40,118 nt of DNA, filler included, from Candidatus Woesearchaeota archaeon (GCA_016180285.1; 2 parts of 2 records of this genome joined end to end with filler, not necessarily neighbours in it), one strand, 5' to 3'. Counted from the first letter of the whole stretch, positions 26,298-33,537 are shown. The notes: generated from the letters alone by a model not told the origin. Translations and numbers: made by a program.

Positions 26298-26403
26298 AAA
26301 AAATCCAGCCATGGTGCCGACGAGGCGAGGGTTGGCTCCTACGGAGTGCCGAGTAGGACAAAACTTGTTTTGTCCGTAGGCACCATGGTTGGCTGGATTT
26401 TTT
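26298..26403 (+). repeat. Structured three-way-junction repeat, copy B
   Basis: AAAAAATCCAGCC-ATGGTGCC-GAC-GAGGCGAGGGTTGG-CTC-CTACG-GAG-TGCCGAGTA-GGACAAAAC-TT-GTTTTGTCC-GTA-GGCACCAT..GGCTGGATTTTTT. Confidence 0.7.
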
Positions 26404-26461
26404 TGATAGAATGCAAATATATAATATGGTTTCGTAATTTGACTTAATAGCGCCTTAATAA

Positions 26462-27220
26462 TCAAATCATCCCAAGCTCTTTATCCACCTGCCTTTGCGT
26501 CCTTAGCAGCTCAATCTCAATATCCCCGAAATGCTCGTACTGCCAAAGGTCTATTTTCCTCTGGTGAGTCAGGTGAAGCAGCGGAATAAATGTGTACACT
26601 TTGTCTTCCTTGCTCTGCGAAGGCACAAGATTCGAGAATGTCAGCTTTGATCTTTTATTAAATACAAAGAAATCCTTGATCTTCCTGTAAACATCCCTTA
26701 CAACAAGCGTCATATCCACTCCCTTTTTCGGGATTTCAAAATCAGTTACAGGCATTCTGCTCAGAACCCTTCTTCTTTTGACTTCCAGTGCCTGCTCTAA
26801 TGCGCCCACAAGGTCATAAATCGAAACCTTTCTTTTTCTGGGCTGCGGAGTCCTTGGAATAAGCCTTGCCTTTTCAGCATCCGGATCTCCTCTTGTTTCC
26901 TCCAGCACATCAAAGAATGCCTCATCGTCGCCTTGTTCGCTTGCTGAAATCAGCCTGTCTAAAGCATCCATGTCTTCTCCCACTAAGCGGTTTGACTTTA
27001 TTTTAAGGAGTATTGCAGCAGCAAGCAGAACTTTCCCGGAAATCCTGAAATCCATTTGCTTTAGCTGCTTTACCAGCTCTATGTATTTCTGGGTAAGAAG
27101 CGAAATATCAATGTCCCAGGGGTCCATCTGCTCTGTCTTGACAAGATCATAAAGAATTGTCTGCCATGTCAGCTCATCTTCTTCGACAATCAGCTTGAAG
27201 ATACTCTCGTTGTTTGGCAT
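26462..27220 (-). CDS. scpA: Segregation/condensation protein A (kleisin)
   Basis: MDPWDIDI..LT..Y; SG..LLAAAILL.IKS; R.V...DL..AL; F.PLLHL....KI.L.Q...FG.I. Confidence 0.93.
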   Translation of the reverse strand: MPNNESIFKLIVEEDELTWQTILYDLVKTEQMDPWDIDISLLTQKYIELVKQLKQMDFRISGKVLLAAAILLKIKSNRLVGEDMDALDRLISASEQGDDEAFFDVLEETRGDPDAEKARLIPRTPQPRKRKVSIYDLVGALEQALEVKRRRVLSRMPVTDFEIPKKGVDMTLVVRDVYRKIKDFFVFNKRSKLTFSNLVPSQSKEDKVYTFIPLLHLTHQRKIDLWQYEHFGDIEIELLRTQRQVDKELGMI

Positions 27221-27334
27221 AATTTCACGTCTTTTTAGTTTAGTCTTTCCTTTAACTTTATAAGTTTTGTGATTTTGTTTTTATTCATAAATTATAATAA
27301 AGTTTAAATATGATCCTAGAAATCCTTATCTTAT

Positions 27335-27440
27335 GGGCTCATAGTTCAGTGGCTAGAACGTCGCCCTTACAGGCGCGAGTGTAACGAGCGCTCGCTGCTT
27401 TGAAAGGCGAAGGTCGCCGGTTCGAGTCCGGTTGGGCCCA
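27335..27440 (+). tRNA. tRNA-Val(UAC) with a 33-nt intron at 37/38 (27372-27404)
   Basis: GGGCTCA/TGGGCCC-A acceptor; TCGCC-CT TAC A^A-GGCGA; AGGTC; TTCGAGT. The BHB central helix is weak. Confidence 0.85.
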
Positions 27441-27455
27441 TTTCACCTTATTAAT

Positions 27456-27565
27456 GCGATGGTGATCTAATGGCTACGACGGGTTGTACTTGTCATAGAA
27501 CCAGTCGCCATAAATGATAAGGCCTTGCCAAGGCTTTCATCCGGGTTCGAATCCCGGCCATCGCA
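27456..27565 (+). tRNA. tRNA-Gly(GCC) with a 38-nt D-loop intron (27476-27513)
   Basis: GCGATGG/CCATCGC-A; AGGCC-TT GCC AA-GGCTT; BHB with ATGG/CCAT central helix, CTA and AAA bulges, and CGAC/GTCG intron helix. Confidence 0.9.
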
Positions 27566-27772
27566 CTTTTTATTTGCTTTATTTGATGTTCGTCCTGAGT
27601 GCAAAAATTATGTGTGCTGTCCGTATTCGAATAAAAAAGAGACTACACAAAACTCCTAAATAATGATTTTTGGTCTTCAACACAAAAATCAATTATGAAG
27701 TTTTGTTCAACAGCCTCTTTTTTGTTGTAATCCGAGGTTTTTTAAAAATAAAAAACCTCAGAGGTGGTTAAA

Positions 27773-28705
27773 ATGAAAAATCAAATTAAAGATCGTGATG
27801 AACATTATCTGAAATTCAAGAAGGGCGACCAAACTAGATTTATGAGATCAGTTAAAGATAAGTGCTTCGGTTCGTGGATCAAATTGGCAGATTTTCTTGG
27901 CGTCAATAGAAGTATGATCTTTTTATACCTGTCAGAAGAGTGCAAACTGCCTAAGACGGGTTTTGAGAAAATGATTAAAATTTCAAATCTGAATCCTAAT
28001 AATTTTTTATTTAAAATTGTTCATTATTCAATTTATGGAGTAGCTAAAATCCCGCATAAAATAACCCCGGAGTTATCTGAGTTTGTTGGTATCATGTTGG
28101 GAGATGGCAATATAAGTAAAGTAAATTATCAAATAACTATTAGCGGCGGTATTATTGATGGGTGTTATATCACCAATTATGTGCCTCAATTAATAAAAAA
28201 ACTATTTTCAAAGGGCGTTTATTTTAGAAAAATAGCCAAAGCCGGGTTAGATTGTAAATTTAGTTCTAAAGCAGTCTGCGAATATCTTATGTCTAAGATG
28301 GGCATCGTATCACCAAAGACCAATTGTGTGATACCAAAAAGTTTCTTTGAAGACCACAATATACTTAGGTCTTGTGTAAGAGGGTTATTCGATACAGATG
28401 GCGGTCTGCATAAACATCATAAAAATTCAGCTCAACTTCAATTTACAAACAAATCTTATTCACTAATTCAATCCCTACGAAATGCTTTGATTCAATTGGG
28501 TTTTAAACCATCTCAAATAACGATTAACCATAAGGAGAGGAATACATTGGAATTATACTTATTTGATAGAGATGTTAGACTATATTTCAAAGAAATCGGT
28601 TCAAGCAACCCAAAAAACAATCTTAAATTTGAAACGTGGGTTAAAGAAGGGAAGGTGCCATTAAATAAAGAGATGACTAACGCAAATAGTGCAAAGGAAG
28701 ACTGA
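27773..28705 (+). CDS. Free-standing double-motif LAGLIDADG endonuclease-like protein with N-terminal HTH
   Basis: LSEFVGIMLGDGNI and CVRGLFDTDGG motifs; LQFTNKS..L; YF.EIGSSNPK; N-terminal W.KLADFLGVNRSMI; GAGGTG RBS. Confidence 0.9.
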   Translation: MKNQIKDRDEHYLKFKKGDQTRFMRSVKDKCFGSWIKLADFLGVNRSMIFLYLSEECKLPKTGFEKMIKISNLNPNNFLFKIVHYSIYGVAKIPHKITPELSEFVGIMLGDGNISKVNYQITISGGIIDGCYITNYVPQLIKKLFSKGVYFRKIAKAGLDCKFSSKAVCEYLMSKMGIVSPKTNCVIPKSFFEDHNILRSCVRGLFDTDGGLHKHHKNSAQLQFTNKSYSLIQSLRNALIQLGFKPSQITINHKERNTLELYLFDRDVRLYFKEIGSSNPKNNLKFETWVKEGKVPLNKEMTNANSAKED

Positions 28706-28773
28706 TCTTCATTATTTCTTCGAAGTGAAAGAAACACAAATTTTATAAACAGATTGGCAATAATCATTCTCAA

Positions 28774-28957
28774 GAGTCCGTAGCTCAGTCTGGTTAGAGC
28801 GCCGTGTTTAAGAAGCATCTTAAACGCGTAAGTCTTATATGAGATTTTTGGACGCAATGCAAAGATCCAGAAATTCTCTAAGCCAGCCGGCGGTCCGGGG
28901 TTCAAATATCCCGGAGGAAAGCCAAAACCTCGGGATTTGAAAGTCCCTGCGGACTCA
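28774..28957 (+). tRNA. tRNA-Ile(UAU) with three introns (28805-28831 at 29/30, 28840-28884 at 37/38, 28907-28943 at 59/60)
   Basis: Splicing at the BHB sites gives GAGTCCG-TA-GCTC-AGTCTGGTTA-GAGC-G-CCGGT-CT TAT AA-GCCGG-CGGTC-CGGGG-TTCAAAT-CCCTG-CGGACTC-A. Central helices are GCGC/GCGT, CTTA/TAAG and TTCA/TGAA. Confidence 0.88.
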
Positions 28958-28960
28958 TAT

Positions 28961-29021
28961 GCCCCCATGGTGTAGCCCGGCCAATCATTCGGCCTTTTCG
29001 AGGCTGAGACACGGGTTCAAA
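28961..29021 (+). tRNA. tRNA-Glu(UUC) 5' portion only, ending in the T-loop (split tRNA half or pseudogene)
   Basis: GCCCCCA-TG-GTG-TAGCCCGGCCAAT-CAT-T-CGGCC-TT TTC GA-GGCTG-AGAC-ACGGG-TTCAAA. The expected 3' strand (T-CCCGT-TGGGGGC) was not found in the window. Confidence 0.75.
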
Positions 29022-29052
29022 AGAGCTCAGAGGCCCTTGGCCGTCTTTTCAA

Positions 29053-29811
29053 ATGAAACCGAAAAACGCAGCAGTTGTTTACCATTTTAAAGGCAAATCC
29101 CTCAGATCAGTCTGCAATGTTTTGAAGAAAAACAACATACAATTCAGCATTCTCTCAAGGGAAAAATTGAATGAAAAAAGTTTTGAGAACAAAGACCTAA
29201 TCATTGCAATTGGCGGCGACGGGACATTTTTAAGGGCATCGCATTTCATCGGGAATTCTGCCATACTGGGGATTAACGCTGACCCCAAAAATAAAGAAGG
29301 CTTTTTTATGTGCTGCAATGCCAAGAGCTTTGAAAATAAATTCAGGAATATTCTGAAAAATAATTTCAAAAAAATAAAGCTTAACAGGCTTGAACTTAAA
29401 ATAAGCAATAAAAAAATAAGCACTCCTGCGCTGAACGAAGTTTATGTCGGCTCTGCTAAGGCATACCATACATCAAATTACGAGATTTTTATTGACGGAA
29501 AAAAAGAGATCCAAAAAAGCTCAGGCATTTTGGTTGCAGCAGCAGCAGGAAGCACGGCATGGATCAAAAGCGCAGGCGGCAAAAAACTAAGCTTAACTTC
29601 TAAAAAGATTCAGTATCTTGTTAGGGAGCCTTACAGCGGCAGAATTTCAGGATTCGGCCTTAAAAAAGGATTCGCTAACAAAATAAAAATAAAGGCCTTG
29701 AAGCAGGAGCTTGTTGTTGTTATTGATTCCTTGACAGAAGAGCATCCCCTGAAAAAAGGAAGTATTGCAGAAATTGCAGCATCTAGTATGCCTTTAACAA
29801 TAATAAAATAA
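29053..29811 (+). CDS. ppnK: NAD(+) kinase
   Basis: IGGDGTFLRA; GF; ALNE; SSG.LV....GSTAW..SAGG. Confidence 0.9.
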   Translation: MKPKNAAVVYHFKGKSLRSVCNVLKKNNIQFSILSREKLNEKSFENKDLIIAIGGDGTFLRASHFIGNSAILGINADPKNKEGFFMCCNAKSFENKFRNILKNNFKKIKLNRLELKISNKKISTPALNEVYVGSAKAYHTSNYEIFIDGKKEIQKSSGILVAAAAGSTAWIKSAGGKKLSLTSKKIQYLVREPYSGRISGFGLKKGFANKIKIKALKQELVVVIDSLTEEHPLKKGSIAEIAASSMPLTIIK

Positions 29812-29813
29812 AT

Positions 29814-30009
29814 GGGAAGACGCACCAGAGAATTGACATAAAATCCGGCCATCAGTTACCTTGAACTTTTCTTAACTCCGCTACCCTCTGAGCATCGATA
29901 TCAAAGCTTAAGGCTGCCTAATGTAAGCTTTTGGCTTATTTCATTCCTGATCTGTCTAAAGCGTGTTTACGGTAACAGGAGAGCGCTAACCTCCCAGCCT
30001 AGTCTTCCC
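29814..30009 (-). ncRNA. SRP (7S)-like RNA, short (196 nt), Alu domain recognisable
   Basis: Minus strand: helix 1 GGGAAGAC/GTCTTCCC; the 5' region CTAGGCTGGGAGGTTAGCGCTCTCCTGTTACCGTAAACACGCT resembles the archaeal Alu domain (CTAGGCCGGGGGGTT.GGCG.CCCCTGTAACC..AAACCGCC) with compensatory AGCG/CGCT loop pairing; TATA box (TTTATAA) about 25 nt upstream. Confidence 0.7.
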
Positions 30010-30121
30010 GAAGCATAAGAATGAAAAATTAGTTATAAATCTTTTTGTTTTTCCCTCGAAAATGCGTAATGTTTATAAACAAAGGCATTTTATCAGATTC
30101 AACAAATAATCGGGGGTTTAT

Positions 30122-30400
30122 ATGGGACGAATTAAAACACAGTTAATCAAGAGAATTTCAAAGAAGCTGGTAGCTGAGCATAAGCAGGACCTCAAGAAAG
30201 AATTCAATGAAAACAAGCAGTCAGTAGCGAAATATCTGGACACAACCAGCAAAAAAATGAAGAATATCATATCAGGCTATGTCACAAGAATGATGAAAGC
30301 AGGAGAGCGCAGGAGAAGAAGCGTCAGAATAGAGGAAGAGAATTATGGCGGGGGCGATAACAATGGCAGAAGACAGCAACAACATCTTTATAGGAAGTAA
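30122..30400 (+). CDS. rps17e: 30S ribosomal protein eS17, with C-terminal extension overlapping alba
   Basis: MGRIKT..IKR....L........F..NK.......SKKMKN.ISGYVTR. Confidence 0.95.
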   Translation: MGRIKTQLIKRISKKLVAEHKQDLKKEFNENKQSVAKYLDTTSKKMKNIISGYVTRMMKAGERRRRSVRIEEENYGGGDNNGRRQQQHLYRK

Positions 30401-30647
30401 GCCTTTTATGAATTATGTAACCGGCGTAGTGATGCAGTTTACAACCAAGGACGCGCGGCAAGTCGCTATAAAGGCAAGGGGAAAATTCATATCGAGAGCA
30501 GTGGATGTGGCGCAGGTTGCAGCAAAAAGGTTTTTGACAGGCCAGGTTGATATTGGCGACATAAAGGTTGACAGCGAAGAGTTCACAAACAAGGAAGGCA
30601 GGCAGGTAAGAGTTTCAACAATAGAGATAGTTCTGGCAAAGAAGTAA
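30363..30647 (+). CDS. albA: DNA/RNA-binding protein Alba
   Basis: IFIG.KPFMNYV; KARGKFISRAVDVA; VS.IEI.L; start set at 30363. Confidence 0.96.
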   Translation: MAEDSNNIFIGSKPFMNYVTGVVMQFTTKDARQVAIKARGKFISRAVDVAQVAAKRFLTGQVDIGDIKVDSEEFTNKEGRQVRVSTIEIVLAKK

Positions 30648-30694
30648 TTCTTTTTAATTAATTTTATATACTGATTGCATTTTAACCGGGATAA

Positions 30695-30778
30695 GGGCCT
30701 ATAGTCTAATGGATAAAACATTCGGCTTCGGCAATTTGGAGAAACCGGAAGTTGCGGGTTCGAATCCTGCTAGGCCCG
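30695..30778 (+). tRNA. tRNA-Arg(UCG) with a 12-nt intron at 37/38 (30732-30743)
   Basis: GGGCCTA/TAGGCCC-G; TTCGG-CT TCG G^A-CCGGA; central helix CTTC/GGAG with AAA bulge. Confidence 0.92.
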
Positions 30779-30837
30779 CTAATTAATTTGTGTTCTGTTG
30801 AATTTTTTCAGAGAATATTTATTCGGGGATATGTCCA

Positions 30838-31062
30838 TTATAAAATAGATTTGACCATATTGCCAAAAATAAAACCCTTTATTCTTTGCATAAGAGAAGG
30901 ATATAGCTGTTTTCTTGTTTTTTCATATTCGTTTATATGTGTAATGGCTGTACCGCACTTAGCACAGCTTAAGACATTTTGAGGTATGGCCTCACCATTA
31001 TGTACAATCAATTCTACGTGCTGTTCTAATTTCCCGCCACACTTGTAGCATTTCATAATCAT
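30838..31062 (-). CDS. Small zinc-ribbon protein (YgiT/MqsA-type-like)
   Basis: MKCYKCGG...V..CAKCG......EYEK; two CxxC pairs; lies between two tRNA genes. Confidence 0.7.
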   Translation of the reverse strand: MIMKCYKCGGKLEQHVELIVHNGEAIPQNVLSCAKCGTAITHINEYEKTRKQLYPSLMQRIKGFIFGNMVKSIL

Positions 31063-31115
31063 TGATAATACAACGCAATATATAAATATTACTGATTTCC
31101 ACTGATTTGTTCATC

Positions 31116-31188
31116 GGGGCTGTAGTATAGCTTGGTAGAATCCGAGGTTCGGGACCTTGTGGCCTGAGTTCAAATCTCAGCAGCCCCA
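31116..31188 (+). tRNA. tRNA-Pro(CGG)
   Basis: GGGGCTG/CAGCCCC-A; CGAGG-TT CGG GA-CCTTG; CTGAG-TTCAAAT-CTCAG. Confidence 0.93.
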
Positions 31189-31189
31189 T

Positions 31190-31765
31190 CTAAAACATAA
31201 TGGTAATTATGCCGAACAGAATAAACAGTATATAGCTCGCTGTTCTTATGGTGTTTCTCGGCAGTTTCTCTGCCAGCTTTCTTCCTATAAAAACATTCAG
31301 CCCTATTGTAATTGCAAGCCCTAAAATTACACCTAAAACAATAGGTATGGGCTGCAGGTATTTTGCAGCAAGCAGGCCGGAAGCAACCTGAGTCTTGTCT
31401 CCTATCTCAACAACCAGAATCGTCAGGAATGTTGCTATTAAAGGCATGCTGTGCATGACTTTATTTTCTTTTTCCTTCCTGCTTTTTATTATGTATTTTT
31501 TTAACAAGCCCCACAGCCCGAACAGGATAAACAATGACCCGACTATTTCATCCAGTATCGATATATTTGAAGAAAAAACAAACCCAAAATAGTATCCTAT
31601 AATTATTGCTATGCCGTCCATTACAGCGTGCCCTGCCAGAGCCCCTAAAAACACCTTAAATGGCGCTTTGTATTTCAGCGATAATCCCAGAATGATCAAT
31701 TGGGTCTTGTCAGCTATCTCGCCTAATACTGAAAACACCACTGCGCTGATAAATGCTTCAAGCAT
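31190..31765 (-). CDS. TMEM165/GDT1 (UPF0016) family Ca/Mn transporter
   Basis: Two E-x-(G/A)-D-K-T-Q motifs (EIADKTQL, EIGDKTQV); about 6 TM. Confidence 0.93.
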   Translation of the reverse strand: MLEAFISAVVFSVLGEIADKTQLIILGLSLKYKAPFKVFLGALAGHAVMDGIAIIIGYYFGFVFSSNISILDEIVGSLFILFGLWGLLKKYIIKSRKEKENKVMHSMPLIATFLTILVVEIGDKTQVASGLLAAKYLQPIPIVLGVILGLAITIGLNVFIGRKLAEKLPRNTIRTASYILFILFGIITIMF

Positions 31766-32043
31766 TTCTGAGAACGAGCAGAACTATTATTAAAATGTTT
31801 TGTTTCAGCATGGCGCCTTACATCGGAGTCCTATTAGTTGCGTCGGAGCGTATCGAAGACCGAGGATTAGTGCAACGTTCCATAGCGAAGTGAGGGGCTG
31901 AGAAGTTATTGATTCTATGAAAAGAAACATTTTTGCAGGTAATTACGATAATGTTGAGCAATATGTAAGTTCTTTACATTTACTAGAAGCTTTCTATCTG
32001 CCAATTTTAATGCCAAATCATCTCAGCAAACCGGGAGCTTGAT

Positions 32044-32568
32044 TCAAATAAAATCAGAAATCTTATGCTTGATTTCTTCATGCCAAAGCCATCCGAGCAA
32101 AATTATTGCATCCAATGCTTCTGGGATATTTGATAAATTAAAATAATTAATTAGATGTAACTTCCAAGCCTGAAATGAGAAAGGGAATAACCACATTACG
32201 CCCTCAAATCTTCCGCCACCAATAACATAATCCAAGAAGATATGCAATAGTATTGCAAATGTCGCAACATAAAAATAAGTTGCCTGTTTATGTTTCTTCT
32301 TTTTCCATAGAATTACAGCAGGAATCAAAAATAAAAGCGCAAAAAAAGGAGTGTGGGTAATTCCTCTATGTTGTAATAAAAAAGGAACATTAAAATTGAA
32401 AAAACCTGCAAACATTTTCAGGACAATATCAATATCGGGTAAAAGTCCAAAAAAACCTGCAAGAAAAATTGTGTGAACTGTAAAATATTTTTTATGTTTT
32501 GTAACATAATCTCTATACAAATCAACTAAAATTATGCTTGTTAAAACATGAGTTACTGCTAGTGGCAT
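32044..32568 (-). CDS. Membrane metal-dependent hydrolase (YdjM-like)
   Basis: TH; GLLPDID; HRGITHT; HIFLD; LFPF. Confidence 0.9.
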   Translation of the reverse strand: MPLAVTHVLTSIILVDLYRDYVTKHKKYFTVHTIFLAGFFGLLPDIDIVLKMFAGFFNFNVPFLLQHRGITHTPFFALLFLIPAVILWKKKKHKQATYFYVATFAILLHIFLDYVIGGGRFEGVMWLFPFSFQAWKLHLINYFNLSNIPEALDAIILLGWLWHEEIKHKISDFI

Positions 32569-32677
32569 ATTAAGTATTAATCAATCAAGTAATATATTAA
32601 TGTTACGGCGTGTTTTTTAGATTCGTTAAGCGGACACACATCATTCTCTCAAATTATGGCTTGGGGTGGCAAATTGA

Positions 32678-33271
32678 TCATAACAGATGTTTAACGCAGT
32701 TTATCGCATGCACTTTATGCTTTGAATTCTCCTTGATCTCAATAATATTCACGCATGCATTGGATTGCCTCAGTTTAAATGCTTCTTCAATCGATTTATT
32801 CAGAAGAATCCCCAGCAGCATCGTGATAAAAGCAGCATGCGACGAGATAAGGATCGTCCCTTTTGTATGCCTTTTAAACAGCATATTAAGGAATTTTTGC
32901 GCCCTCTCTTTTGATTCTGTAAAGCTTTCTCCTCCTTCTGGTTTAAATTCTGCTAATGATAGCCTGCTTTCTTCCTTTGTTTTACGAAGTTCTTCCCTTG
33001 GCCTTCCCTCAAAAACCCCTGGATGCTGCTCCCTTAATTCAGAAGTATAATGAATTGGAGCTTTATGAAATTTTGCTATTTCTTCAGTTGTATCTTTTGC
33101 TCTTTGCAAATCGCTTGAATAAATGCAATCAATTTTTTCATCTTTCAACCTCAATGCTAATTTTCTGGCCTGCTCAATTCCTGTTTTTGTTAACTTTCCG
33201 TGCTTATGGCCCTGTGTAATTCCTTTAGTATTTTCTTCAGTTTCACCATGCCTGACTATGATTAATTTCAT
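32678..33271 (-). CDS. Histidine phosphatase / phosphoglycerate mutase-like
   Basis: Start set at 33271: MKLIIVRHGETEEN; YSSDLQRA..T; LRE...G..EG; GGES; ISSHA. Confidence 0.93.
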   Translation of the reverse strand: MKLIIVRHGETEENTKGITQGHKHGKLTKTGIEQARKLALRLKDEKIDCIYSSDLQRAKDTTEEIAKFHKAPIHYTSELREQHPGVFEGRPREELRKTKEESRLSLAEFKPEGGESFTESKERAQKFLNMLFKRHTKGTILISSHAAFITMLLGILLNKSIEEAFKLRQSNACVNIIEIKENSKHKVHAINCVKHLL

Positions 33272-33376
33272 GCTGCTGTGGCAGGGGGAGAAGTTTAAAT
33301 AATTATTGTTTAGAAAATTGTCGCCCGTAGCACTAACCCCTTTATTCATTGCTTGGCGTTCGCCGTGAGCTCCAAA

Positions 33377-33444
33377 AGGTACTCTCGTGACGGGCTGTTT
33401 ATGCAAGAACAGGTACTCTCGTGACGGGCTGTTTATGCAAGAAC
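33377..33444. repeat. Exact 34-bp tandem duplication
   Basis: AGGTACTCTCGTGACGGGCTGTTTATGCAAGAAC x2 (33377-33410 and 33411-33444). Confidence 0.95.
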
Positions 33445-33537
33445 GTCCTTTATTCAAAGCTACAGTGAGCTCGTAAAGGTGTTTGATTGCACGATAAGGA
33501 GAATATCTCCGGCATTTAAAAACTTATCTGAAAAAAC

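Noticed and set aside
26211..26465. ORFs 26211..26465 (-) and 26220..26447 (+)
   Set aside because: They overlay the structured repeats B and C and show no protein-like features.
28513..28968. 151-aa minus-strand ORF
   Set aside because: Antisense to tRNA-Ile and the LAGLIDADG 3' end; spurious.
29025..29893. 9-nt complementarity between the tRNA-Glu trailer (GCTCAGAGG) and 29885-29893, suggesting a giant intron containing the NAD kinase gene
   Set aside because: No tRNA 3' exon follows the match, it lies inside the antisense SRP-like RNA, and 9 bp can occur by chance.
30998..31189. ORFs 30998..31189 (-) and 30752..30982 (+)
   Set aside because: They overlap tRNA-Pro and tRNA-Arg; typical tRNA shadow ORFs.
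31805..31901. 5S rRNA
   Set aside because: Too short, a single nested hairpin, and lacks the 5S loop C motif (CCCAT.CCGAAC) and three-way junction.
33377..33444. Mini-CRISPR
   Set aside because: Two 34-bp copies are directly adjacent with no spacer.
33272..33457. 62-aa N-terminal extension of the histidine phosphatase
   Set aside because: It runs through the repeat region; the family start MKLIIVRHG is at 33271 with a TATA-like box just upstream.
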